From Candidatus Gottesmanbacteria bacterium GW2011_GWC1_43_10 (lineage in GTDB: Bacteria > Patescibacteriota > Microgenomatia > UBA10105), in assembly GCA_000995415.1 (NCBI GenBank), contig LCEX01000002.1, positions 19,232-83,231 of the forward strand: DNA of 64,000 nucleotides. The letters are read 5' to 3'. The notes under the pieces were generated by a model. It made no database searches, was not told where the DNA came from, and worked only from the letters and a program-made list of their open reading frames with translations. Shown here in pieces: positions 40,097 through 49,488 of this stretch. Positions within the stretch are counted from its first letter, which is position 1. Each line of letters begins with the position of its first letter. Made by a program: the position numbers and the translations under genes.

Positions 40097-40121
40097 GCCC
40101 AAGATTATAGCAGAAGATTTA

Positions 40122-40916
40122 TTAGAGAGATTGCAACAGCGGTTTAAATGCCAGCGCTTTGTCTGTGTTTTCGTGAGTATAAAACTTGAGGATATTTTTA
40201 CGGTAATAAATAGCCGCAACATCCTGTAGAAAATTTTTGACCGCCCGGATATCAATCGTACTTTGGTTAGCAGGAGAATGATGAATGACTACCGGAACTT
40301 CGGTGATATCACTAAATCCCATGATTTGGGCCACTACCAATAGTTCCAAATCAGTGGCGAAACGCTTGATCACCAGTCGTGGAAAAACCTGATTGAGGAC
40401 ATTGCGCCGAAATATCTTTAAACCCACCTGGGTATCTGAAACATTTAGATGGAATAAAACTCGGATGACTACTTTTAGAATCAAGCTGTAGAAAACCCTA
40501 TTCCAGGGATAATAAATGCGCGAAGCGGGATGGTACTTGGAGGCAATCAGCATATCAGACGAATTATGCAAAAATTGCCGAAGCTTGTTGACAACTTGCC
40601 GCGGTCGGATATCCAAATCCCCGTCCAAAAAAACTACCGGGTCACCAATCGACCGGGTAAAGCCAGTCTGCAAGGCAAATCCTTTGCCGAAATTTTGCGA
40701 GTAATGCAAGATTTGTATCTTCTTTCGAACAGGGTAAGCGTTTCTGAAATTTAACGCCGATTTTAGGGAGGTGTCAGTAGAACCATCGTCGACTAAAATG
40801 ATTTCGTAATCCCGTAAACCCTGTCGAGAAAGTTCCTGTGTCAATAAAAATAGAGCCTTAGCGAGAATTTTACCTTTATTATAAACGGGAATGATAAAAG
40901 AAATCATTAATTTCAC
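40122..40916 (-). CDS. GT2, dolichyl/polyprenyl-phosphate sugar synthase-like
   Basis: MISFIIPVYNKG...IILVDDGSTDTS...LDGDLD. GTG at 40916 or ATG at 40907, possibly leaderless (see the repeat/promoter feature at 40878-40947). Confidence 0.85.
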   Translation of the reverse strand: MKLMISFIIPVYNKGKILAKALFLLTQELSRQGLRDYEIILVDDGSTDTSLKSALNFRNAYPVRKKIQILHYSQNFGKGFALQTGFTRSIGDPVVFLDGDLDIRPRQVVNKLRQFLHNSSDMLIASKYHPASRIYYPWNRVFYSLILKVVIRVLFHLNVSDTQVGLKIFRRNVLNQVFPRLVIKRFATDLELLVVAQIMGFSDITEVPVVIHHSPANQSTIDIRAVKNFLQDVAAIYYRKNILKFYTHENTDKALAFKPLLQSL

Positions 40917-40947
40917 TATGCCATTTGTGTCCCTTGGCTGTCAAGAG
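40878..40947 (-). promoter_or_regulatory. About 70-bp repeat copy 1: promoter (perfect TTGACA -35) plus the first codons of the GT2 gene
   Basis: Minus strand TTGACA, a 17-18-nt spacer, CATAGT, then an ATG about 7 nt later, which would make the mRNA leaderless. It is 65/70 identical to 42606-42675. Confidence 0.45.
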
Positions 40948-41047
40948 TAAAATGTAATTGTGCCACCGAATTTGTGCAATATTGAGTCGGTCAAATGTTG
41001 CGGATCTGAGATAGTTGGGTATAAATCTTCTTATTAACACTATCTGT

Positions 41048-42592
41048 TTATTGGCTTTGACTATCAGGAGACCTGAATGTCTGTTGGGAATTATCAAGAA
41101 CTAAAGCTTCTAGATCCAAATAAGTGCTCTTTGAAAGCTCGATGTTTACTCCCGGCCAATTGTCGGATCTATTTTTGATAACGACTACTCGTTTTGGGTC
41201 GGTGTCCTCTATAGGAGTTGGAAAAAGACTGTATGCCCGATATATCCAGTCCCAATTCCGGTAATGGTAGCTTTTGACCGCCGGACGGAAATACAATGTA
41301 TATAGCTCGGTCCAACCTCCTCCATGGATATAAGGGTCGTTTGAGGCGTACAGAGAAAATTTCTCATTACCGATAGCATCAGTAGTGTTTTTGATGAGGT
41401 TTATCTTTTGATAAAGCGGATATTTCACTTGAGAGTTAACTAGGGTATAAAGATTCACGCTAAAATAAAAAATTAACCATGCCGCCATTAACCACTTAGC
41501 TCGTTGTTCAATCCAAACTAATACCTGAGCTACCAAAACGATGAAAATCGGGTAAAATACCATAAAATAATGTTGGAAGAAGTTGCCCCTGAAGACGATA
41601 TTGTAAAAATAAAGACTGATAACAAAGGCAAACACCATGATCCACAACAATCGCATTTTCCAGACTGGGGGTTTTTTGGAAAAAAGCCAGTATAAACTTA
41701 TGCCAAGCATGATCACAACCATCAGTTGTGTTACCGGTGTAAACAGTGCAAGTGGAACATCGCAGTAACAAAAATTTTGCTCAATAAATTTGCTGGGAGC
41801 TGTAAAAAGGACCCGGGTTAACACTCCGATCACTTCTGCCGGTGGATAAAGCTTGCCGTCGGTGGGTAACATATCAGGCCTTATGGGGCGAGCCAAAGAT
41901 CGCACAATCGCTTTCGAAACTACTCCGTGATAACGCACTTCGGCCATTAAAAAAGGCATTATAAATATTCCCAGTATCACCAAACCTGCTGCTGTGTATT
42001 TATTTTTGAGTGAGACTTTAAAAAATGCTAAAGTGATCAAGATCGCTACTACCAACGCTATGAGTGATGCGTCTTCGTGAAAGGCAAAGCCAATTGGGAA
42101 AGCCAAAAGCGGAAGAAATCGATAGTCCTTTTTGATCACTTTCATCAAACTCCACAATGTCAACGCCGACAAAACCGGATTTAAGGTCAGATGCACCAAG
42201 CGGCGGTCGAATAATGAAATAAAGAATGAAGTTGCATACAAAAAACTTGCCACCAAACCAAGTTTTTTGTCTCCGATCTCGGATCCGGCTTTATAAACCA
42301 AAAAAGTGGTGATCACTCCTAAGACTGAAGCAATTGTTTGAAGATTTACCAAGTCAAACTTGGTCAAGTAATAGAAAGGGGTCAAAAAATAGTGATAAAA
42401 AGGTCCTAGCCCAAACCCCAAACTGGCATTTTGTACTAAAAGTGTGGGTGAACGATCCCAAATGATATGTCGAATGGTAGCAGTGAGCACTTCTTCATCC
42501 CCACTCCAATACTGAAAATCGTAAAAGTTATAAAAACGGAAAAATATTGCCAGTGCAATAATAAAAACTAGAAGTCGATGCTTAATGGCCAA
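41048..42592 (-). CDS. GT-C glycosyltransferase-like polytopic membrane protein
   Basis: 514 aa and hydrophobic, with first-loop YWSGDEEVLTATIRH (DE motif). TTG start, with GGGAGGA immediately upstream. Confidence 0.6.
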   Translation of the reverse strand: MAIKHRLLVFIIALAIFFRFYNFYDFQYWSGDEEVLTATIRHIIWDRSPTLLVQNASLGFGLGPFYHYFLTPFYYLTKFDLVNLQTIASVLGVITTFLVYKAGSEIGDKKLGLVASFLYATSFFISLFDRRLVHLTLNPVLSALTLWSLMKVIKKDYRFLPLLAFPIGFAFHEDASLIALVVAILITLAFFKVSLKNKYTAAGLVILGIFIMPFLMAEVRYHGVVSKAIVRSLARPIRPDMLPTDGKLYPPAEVIGVLTRVLFTAPSKFIEQNFCYCDVPLALFTPVTQLMVVIMLGISLYWLFSKKPPVWKMRLLWIMVFAFVISLYFYNIVFRGNFFQHYFMVFYPIFIVLVAQVLVWIEQRAKWLMAAWLIFYFSVNLYTLVNSQVKYPLYQKINLIKNTTDAIGNEKFSLYASNDPYIHGGGWTELYTLYFRPAVKSYHYRNWDWIYRAYSLFPTPIEDTDPKRVVVIKNRSDNWPGVNIELSKSTYLDLEALVLDNSQQTFRSPDSQSQ

Positions 42593-42605
42593 TCCTCCCT
42601 ACCAT

Positions 42606-42675
42606 ATTATAAACAAGAATGATAAAGGAAATCATTAATCTCACTATGCCATTTGTGTCCCTGGGCTGTCAAGAA
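42606..42675 (-). repeat. About 70-bp repeat copy 2 upstream of the GT-C gene, carrying the same TTGACA promoter and a pseudo-N-terminus (MISFIILVYNMVGRIGH) as a 17-codon uORF
   Basis: Direct repeat of 40878-40947. The uORF ATG is at 42635 and its stop (42584-42582) lies 6 nt inside the GT-C TTG start region. Confidence 0.45.
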
Positions 42676-42824
42676 AAAAAAGCTGATTGAGGTACTAGAT
42701 TTGAGCTGAAATTGGTGAAAAATCTAACTGCTAGGTTTTATTACAATTGAGTTTTCCAGAATTGCAAGGCAGGAACAGATATTATATGATCGGGAGATCA
42801 AAATTTGACCGAGAGAATAATTTT

Positions 42825-43052
42825 ATGAAACTCGTCCAAAAAGCTTGGGTGAATTGGAAAAGACTGACGACCAAAATTGCAGTTTGGCAAGCGCGTACTT
42901 TATTGACTGTATTTTATTTCTCCATTTTACTTCCTGTTGGATTAATAGCGCGTTCATTTGATCTACTCCAAAATAAGTCAAAGGTAAAGAACACTTGGCA
43001 AATGAGAACGAAGATGCAAGATACACTAGTGACACTTCAAGACCAAGCTTAA
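42825..43052 (+). CDS. Small single-TM protein immediately upstream of carbamoyltransferase
   Basis: MKLVQKAWVNWKRLTTKIAVWQARTLLTVFYFSILLPVGLIARSF; its stop lies 1 nt before the carbamoyltransferase ATG. Start uncertain (track 42747). Confidence 0.4.
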   Translation: MKLVQKAWVNWKRLTTKIAVWQARTLLTVFYFSILLPVGLIARSFDLLQNKSKVKNTWQMRTKMQDTLVTLQDQA

Positions 43053-43053
43053 T

Positions 43054-44775
43054 ATGTATATCTTAGGAATTTCCTGTTATTTCCATGATGCTGCGGCGGT
43101 TCTACTCAAAGACGGCAAAATCATCGCCGCCATTGAAGAAGAGCGGCTAAGCCGTCACAAGCACGATGCCGGATTTCCAAGTCGTGCTATTGACTTCGTT
43201 TTAGAACAAACAGGGATTAAGCCGCAAAACCTGGATTATGTCGTGTTCTATGAAAAACCGTTTCGCAAGTTGCAGCGAATTTTTTATTCGACTATTGTTA
43301 ATTATCCTAAATCCGCCGCTGCCTTTGCCGAAGCAATGCGCGTTTGGTTGACCCAAAAACTTTGGATCAAACAGGAAATTGCCACTCATTTGGGGATCGC
43401 TACCCAAAAAATTCTTTTCACCCAACACCATTTAGCTCATGCAGCGAGTTGTTTTTACCCGTCGCCGTTTGTTGAGGCGGCCATTTTGACTGTAGATGGC
43501 GTTGGTGAATGGACAACTACATCAACTGGAATTGGTATCGGTAATCATATTGAATTAACCAAAGAAATCAGATTTCCCCAATCTCTGGGACTTTTATATT
43601 CAGCATTTACTGCCTGGTTGGGTTTTGAAGTCAACGAAGGTGAGTGGAAGGTGATGGGGCTGGCTCCATACGGACGACCCCGTTATGTGAATAAAATTTG
43701 GAAAATGGTGAAACTAAATCCGGATGGCAGTTTCTTTCTTGATTTAGACTATTTTGCGTTTCAGTATTCGGATACCCAATCATTCTCAGACAAGTTTGTG
43801 AGTTTGTTTGGTAAACCCATTGAAAGGAATCAGGCGCATTTGATTTCCGAAAAAGGGGCGGATGTGGCTGCCAGTATTCAGGTGGTGACTGAAGAGATTT
43901 TATTGAATATGGCAAAAAAATTACAGCAGGAAACGCAGTCAAAAAATTTATGCCTGGCCGGTGGAGTGGCTTTAAATTCAGTTGCTAACTACAGACTGCT
44001 AAAAGAGAGTGGATTTAGTCATATTTTCGTACAGCCGGCAGCAGGTGATTCAGGCGCAGCTTTGGGAGCAGCCCTTTATGTGTATCATCAAGTCACTCGC
44101 GATAAAAGCCGTTTTTTACAAAGTCATAGTTATCTGGGAATTGAATTTGCAAATCCGGAGATTAAACGGTTTTTGAGAACTCAAGCCATTGATTATCACT
44201 TTTTTCCGACACCAAAATTGCTGGATTATATCGCAGGGCAAATCGCCCGGGGCCGCGTCGTGGGTTGGATGCAAGGAAAATGCGAATGGGGACCGCGGGC
44301 TTTGGGGGCAAGGAGTATTTTAGCTGATGCCCGAAATCCCAAAATGAAAGATATTATAAATAGCAAGGTCAAGTTTCGTGAAGCTTTTCGTCCGTTTGCT
44401 CCATCAGTGCTGGCTGAAAAGGCGCATTTGGTTTTTGATCTACCCCAAAACACCAGAGACTGGTGGCCACTTAGATACATGCTGTATGTAGTACCGGTAA
44501 GGACAACTTGGCGGAAAAAAGTTCCGGCGATCACCCATATTGATCACACGGCCAGACCACAGCTGGTTGACCGCAAAATAAATCCCCTATATCACAAGCT
44601 GATCCGCAAGTTTTATCAAAAAACCGGGGTACCTCTGGTTTTAAATACTTCATTTAACCTCAAAGGCGAACCCATCGTAGCGACTCCGACGGACGCCTAT
44701 TCCACATTTTTACGTTCCGGGATTGATATTTTGGTGATGGGAAATTACGTCTGCGAAAAAGAAAGAAATAAATAA
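43054..44775 (+). CDS. Carbamoyltransferase (NodU/CmcH/NovN family), full length
   Basis: MYILGISCYFHDAAAVLLKDGKIIAAIEEERLSRHKHDAGFP family N-terminus; HHLAHAASCFY; C-terminal domain present (573 aa). Confidence 0.9.
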   Translation: MYILGISCYFHDAAAVLLKDGKIIAAIEEERLSRHKHDAGFPSRAIDFVLEQTGIKPQNLDYVVFYEKPFRKLQRIFYSTIVNYPKSAAAFAEAMRVWLTQKLWIKQEIATHLGIATQKILFTQHHLAHAASCFYPSPFVEAAILTVDGVGEWTTTSTGIGIGNHIELTKEIRFPQSLGLLYSAFTAWLGFEVNEGEWKVMGLAPYGRPRYVNKIWKMVKLNPDGSFFLDLDYFAFQYSDTQSFSDKFVSLFGKPIERNQAHLISEKGADVAASIQVVTEEILLNMAKKLQQETQSKNLCLAGGVALNSVANYRLLKESGFSHIFVQPAAGDSGAALGAALYVYHQVTRDKSRFLQSHSYLGIEFANPEIKRFLRTQAIDYHFFPTPKLLDYIAGQIARGRVVGWMQGKCEWGPRALGARSILADARNPKMKDIINSKVKFREAFRPFAPSVLAEKAHLVFDLPQNTRDWWPLRYMLYVVPVRTTWRKKVPAITHIDHTARPQLVDRKINPLYHKLIRKFYQKTGVPLVLNTSFNLKGEPIVATPTDAYSTFLRSGIDILVMGNYVCEKERNK

Positions 44776-44987
44776 TCTTCAAATTTTCTAAAAGCCTGTT
44801 TAGAAACCCGCAAAATTAGTCTAATTTTATACTTGCGTTTAAAGCAAAAAATCCCGATGTGTCAAGCCAGTACACTTTCGATGTGTTCGCCTATGCAATT
44901 TATCCTCATCTATCACTTGGTAACTGGATAAAAACTCCGGATTTGATATACACTAATGTTATACCCATGTCAAAAGGGGATTTTCGT

Positions 44988-47900
44988 ATGGTTAGAAACT
45001 TATTTATAAAACATATTTCCCCTCATACAGAAAAACTGACTGTATTGTTTCTTTTTATGTGTAGTATTCTTCTGGGAAGCTTTTTAACCAGGTCGTGGCC
45101 ATTTCGAAATGATGTCAAAATAGTTATAGGTTCTGGTTCAGGTACCGATGCTCCTACACAACTAGCGCAGTATAAGTCTGACGGATCAACTAATATCAGT
45201 ACCGGTGGAACCACTGATGAAACAACTGTTGTTCTATCTATGAGTATGACTGATCCCGATAATCCAGCCAGTGTCCGTCCGCAGATTGAGATACGAGCGA
45301 TCGGCACTGATTTTACGGGATCACCCACCGATCAAGGCGGTGTCGTTTCGTATACGGGTACACCTCTCACAGGCTCTGTGACTGTATCAAGTTTATCAAG
45401 CGGAACAAGTTATCACTGGCAAGCACGCGTTTGCGATAGTGCAAGTACTTGTTCTTCATGGGTTACCTTCGGCGGTAATTCTGAATCCGAGTCTGATTTC
45501 CAAGTTGTAGGGGGAAACTCTATACCGAACACTCCCTCAAGTCTGGGGCCAGCAGACAAAGTCTCCGGTCAAACTACTACCAATACTACACCTACACTAG
45601 AATTTTCCCTCTCTGATCCAGATACTGCCGATCAGCTTCGTTACTGGATCCAGATTGATGATTCAAGTGATTTTAGCTCATTACTCGTTAGTTATAGATC
45701 TGCGACGCAAGCACAAGGCTCACGCAATTTTATTGTCGGTCAAAGTGTGAGCGGAGGAACATATGTGGTTGGTAGTCAAGGACAAACACTTGTCAACGGA
45801 TCATATTATTGGCGAGTAAAAGCTGTCGATGCCAGTGGAGCTGAAAGCGGGTTTGTTACTGCCAATAGTGGTGCGGTGGCCTTTATCGTTGATACAAGTG
45901 GTGGTAGTGGTACTTTGGCGTTTAGTCTGACGTCTCCGGTTGATAACAGTTATGTTAACGATGAACGACCTGATTTTGCTTGGAGTCCCACGAGTGATGA
46001 CGGTTCGGGAACTTCGCAATATAAAATGTCTGTCGCAAATACGTCAGCTCAAGACGATTTTTCTATCGATAGCATTGCTCCTGCTGGATCGAGTAGCGTC
46101 GTCACCGGGAGATACACTGTCAGCTATCAGGGGTTTTATGACGGAAGTACCGGCAATAATAATATTTCAGTAGTCACTTCTTCAAGTTCGGAGTGGCCAA
46201 CTACGCAAAATGACGGCAAGATAAAAGAAGGCAAACGCACTTGGACTATTAATGGCAAAAAAAGCGATGGGACATCCTTGTCTCATTCAAGCACTGTAAA
46301 CGTTGACTTGACCAAGCCTACCGTCACGGTCTCAAAACTGACATATTCGACTAGTTCAGTCACGGTGGAAGGAAATGTTACTGATACCAAAAATGGCAGT
46401 CTAGCAGATCAATCTGACTATATCCGGAGCGACCCAAAACAAGCAGTCATTTCTATAACCCAAGGAACAAGTATAATTTCCCAATCCACAATTGATTTAC
46501 AACAGACATGTAATTATTCAGATACGACCAGTACCAGTCTCATCTGCTCATTTTCGCAGACCTTTAACCAGACCTTTGATCCAAGCACGTATACATTTTC
46601 GGTTACAGGCACTGACAAGGCAGGAAATCAGTCAACATACCAACAGACGCTCGCGATAATAAATGCTTCACCCACGACACAAACGCAGGCAAGTCCTGCA
46701 ACCGGAACACCGTCTCCAAGTCCTATTTTGGAACCGACCCTGATTACAAATATCAAAATCAGCAGTATTGGACTCACTACGGCGCAAATCACCTGGAACA
46801 CCAATCATCCCGCCACCAGTAAAGTCAATTATGGTCTTTCTCCAGAATTTGAACACAGTGTCTATGACGGAACACTTGTCATTGAACACAAGATGCAACT
46901 AAAAGATCTTTTGCCTGATACTAATATTTATTTTGAAGTCATCTCTCAAGGCAACACGACTGTTTATGATGCCTTCCGTATATTTCGCACGAAAAAGGAA
47001 TTATCAGAGCTTACTCCCATACAAGCGGTCAGTGAAGTTCAGACTCAACTCCAATCCAATCCCACGATCAAACAAGCAGCTGAAACGACTTCTACAGTTG
47101 TGGGTGTTGGAGCAGGTACTGCAGCTCTCGGTAGTTTCATCCAGCTGATTTTTGGAACAGGTGGGCTCACAAGTGTTGGGTTGAGTCAGGGAATTGCGAA
47201 CTTGGTCAGCTCTCTGCTTCTGTCTTTGGGAATTATCAAAAGACAGCGAAAAAAGACGCATGGAGTAGTCTTTAATGCTTTAACCGGAGATGGAATCCCT
47301 GGGGCTTATCTTATCTTTCACTCAAAATCTGGTAATTTACGCTCTACGATCACCAACCGGGATGGCCGGTATACGGTCACACTGGTTCCTGACCTTTATA
47401 CTGTAAAAATTATCAAAGAAGGTTTTCGTATCGCACCTGAACCTAATAAAAGTGCTTATGCCTATGGATATGCAAATTTGTTTAATCCGACACAAGGTAT
47501 TACAGTAGCGAATGAGCCATTTACTAATATGGCGATTGCTGTTGAACCAACGGTTATTGCCAATACATTGAGGCGTTATTGGCGAACTATTCAAACAAAT
47601 ATAACTGGTCTGGTCTATAAAAACTTTTATGTATTTATTTTTATAGGACTTCTTCTATCAGGATTTGCCACGTTTATTAAACCGTCAATTATTAACGGCA
47701 TTTCGTTTTCGCTTCTCTTTATGGGATTGTTTATTCAAGTTCTTGCGTCATTTAATAAAACCAGAAATTATGGTGTTGTCGTCAACGCACGAGGAAAACC
47801 GAGCCCATATCTTTCTCTAGACCTCTACCGTTGGAATGGGCGGGCCTGGGATATTTATACTCATCAGACAACTGATGCCCAAGGAAGATATATCCTAACG

Positions 47901-48023
47901 CCGGAAGATGGGTATTATTTTATGAGGTTACTTTCGTCTGCCAAACAAATTCTCGCGCAAAAACAATTTATGGTTAACAATGTTTTTCCAGCGATCAGGG
48001 AAAAATTTGTTATTCCACTTTAG
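44988..48023 (+). CDS. Large S/T-rich cell-surface protein with FN3-like repeats and a C-terminal membrane/CarboxypepD_reg-like region
   Basis: Signal/anchor LTVLFLFMCSILLGSFL. Repeats carry YHWQARVCDSASTC, YYWRVKAVDASGAESGF and TAQITWNTNHPATSKVNYG (FN3/PAP-N-like). Long Ser/Thr tracts. C-terminal TM helices and a DGRYTV beta-sandwich motif. ATG at 44988 has a GGGGA SD; the track ORF begins at 44859. Confidence 0.6.
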   Translation: MVRNLFIKHISPHTEKLTVLFLFMCSILLGSFLTRSWPFRNDVKIVIGSGSGTDAPTQLAQYKSDGSTNISTGGTTDETTVVLSMSMTDPDNPASVRPQIEIRAIGTDFTGSPTDQGGVVSYTGTPLTGSVTVSSLSSGTSYHWQARVCDSASTCSSWVTFGGNSESESDFQVVGGNSIPNTPSSLGPADKVSGQTTTNTTPTLEFSLSDPDTADQLRYWIQIDDSSDFSSLLVSYRSATQAQGSRNFIVGQSVSGGTYVVGSQGQTLVNGSYYWRVKAVDASGAESGFVTANSGAVAFIVDTSGGSGTLAFSLTSPVDNSYVNDERPDFAWSPTSDDGSGTSQYKMSVANTSAQDDFSIDSIAPAGSSSVVTGRYTVSYQGFYDGSTGNNNISVVTSSSSEWPTTQNDGKIKEGKRTWTINGKKSDGTSLSHSSTVNVDLTKPTVTVSKLTYSTSSVTVEGNVTDTKNGSLADQSDYIRSDPKQAVISITQGTSIISQSTIDLQQTCNYSDTTSTSLICSFSQTFNQTFDPSTYTFSVTGTDKAGNQSTYQQTLAIINASPTTQTQASPATGTPSPSPILEPTLITNIKISSIGLTTAQITWNTNHPATSKVNYGLSPEFEHSVYDGTLVIEHKMQLKDLLPDTNIYFEVISQGNTTVYDAFRIFRTKKELSELTPIQAVSEVQTQLQSNPTIKQAAETTSTVVGVGAGTAALGSFIQLIFGTGGLTSVGLSQGIANLVSSLLLSLGIIKRQRKKTHGVVFNALTGDGIPGAYLIFHSKSGNLRSTITNRDGRYTVTLVPDLYTVKIIKEGFRIAPEPNKSAYAYGYANLFNPTQGITVANEPFTNMAIAVEPTVIANTLRRYWRTIQTNITGLVYKNFYVFIFIGLLLSGFATFIKPSIINGISFSLLFMGLFIQVLASFNKTRNYGVVVNARGKPSPYLSLDLYRWNGRAWDIYTHQTTDAQGRYILTPEDGYYFMRLLSSAKQILAQKQFMVNNVFPAIREKFVIPL

Positions 48024-48090
48024 AGCCAGTCGAAGTGCAGGGCCGTGTCTGATGTTCGCACCTTTTACGCACAAAATCAACAAAATTTGT

Positions 48091-49386
48091 TTATTTTTCA
48101 GGCTTAAAAAGCAACCACTCATAAAGAGGAATTACTTGAATTTTAAAGCCCTCAGATTCTATTAACTCCTTATCACTTTCGGTAATGATTAGCAGTTGAC
48201 TCGGATTTTTTTGTTCTTGCGCCGCTGTCACTAAAGCATTCACTTCTCTATTTTTCGTCTCATCCGTCAACTGTTTTGTTACTTGAATAAACAGTTGGTC
48301 TTTGGGAATAAAAAAATCAACTTCTTGTTCTTGACCGGTTTTGTAATAATATACGTTCTTTTGTCTTCTTAGCAGTTCCAAATATACCACGTTTTCCATA
48401 AACTTACCCGAGTTTGGCGAAAAACTAAAACCCACTGATTTGGTCAGTCCAGTATCAATACTGTAAATTTTTTTAGCAGCTATCTGCTGTTCTTTAACTG
48501 AGTATGCATATTTGTTAACTACAAAAAACAACCAACTGCTTTCTAAATAATTTATATAATTTTTGACCGTGTTGACACTCCCTAATCGTAACAAGTCTTT
48601 AATTTTGTTAAAGGAAATCAAGGCCGAGGTATTGCTGATCAGATATAGGGATAATTCCTGTAGACTTTTAACGTTGTCCAACTTGTACCTTGTGGCAATA
48701 TCACGATACAAAACGTCGTCGTACAAAGTCTTATGAACTTCCAATTCCGGATATTTAAGTGCATCTGGGATACCACCTAGGGCAATATAGTCATTAACCA
48801 ATTTGAGTAATTTGCCTTTTTGAGCGGTCGTAAATATACTCGAGTTGTCCAATGTAACTTCTTTAAAGCGCAAATATTCACGAAAAGAAAACGGAAAGAC
48901 TTCCATACGAAATGATCGGCCGGTTAAGCGAGTACCTAATTCCTGGGACAATAAAGAAGCATTAGAACCGGTTATTATAAACTTATACCCTTGGTCATAC
49001 AGCCTTCTGATAAACCGTTCCCATTGAGGTACATTTTGGATTTCGTCAAAGATAAATATTTTTTTTTCACCATACAGGCTGATTAAACCTTCATAAAGAA
49101 GATCAAAATCTTTGACACTAAAATTTAGTAGTCGCTCATCCTCAAAATTGACAAAATAATAGTCCTTTTTGAAGTAAGTATCAGCTATTTGTGATAGAAG
49201 CGTTGATTTTCCCACTCGCCGCAGTCCAGTAATCACGGTAATTTGAGGTGAGTCCATAACTGGTTTTAAACTACCTAATATCTCTCTTGGGACTCCCCGG
49301 TCCTTGACCAAAAAGGCCTCATATTGTTCTTTCAGAACTGAGGCTAATAATTCCTTGGTAAGAGTGGTCGGTTGTCCAATTGGCAT
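48091..49386 (-). CDS. AAA+ ATPase, AAA_14 plus DUF4143 family
   Basis: Walker A ITGLRRVGKST and Walker B IFIFDEIQ; the C-terminal region is typical of DUF4143. Internal ATG at 49386 (MPIGQP). Confidence 0.8.
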   Translation of the reverse strand: MPIGQPTTLTKELLASVLKEQYEAFLVKDRGVPREILGSLKPVMDSPQITVITGLRRVGKSTLLSQIADTYFKKDYYFVNFEDERLLNFSVKDFDLLYEGLISLYGEKKIFIFDEIQNVPQWERFIRRLYDQGYKFIITGSNASLLSQELGTRLTGRSFRMEVFPFSFREYLRFKEVTLDNSSIFTTAQKGKLLKLVNDYIALGGIPDALKYPELEVHKTLYDDVLYRDIATRYKLDNVKSLQELSLYLISNTSALISFNKIKDLLRLGSVNTVKNYINYLESSWLFFVVNKYAYSVKEQQIAAKKIYSIDTGLTKSVGFSFSPNSGKFMENVVYLELLRRQKNVYYYKTGQEQEVDFFIPKDQLFIQVTKQLTDETKNREVNALVTAAQEQKNPSQLLIITESDKELIESEGFKIQVIPLYEWLLFKPEK

Positions 49387-49488
49387 GCATGTACTATAAT
49401 ACCATTTGTTTTCATTGTCAATGAAAACTTTAGGTAGGTAGTTTTCAGTATCGTTGAAAGCTTTTAAAGCAATAAAAATACTGTAATT

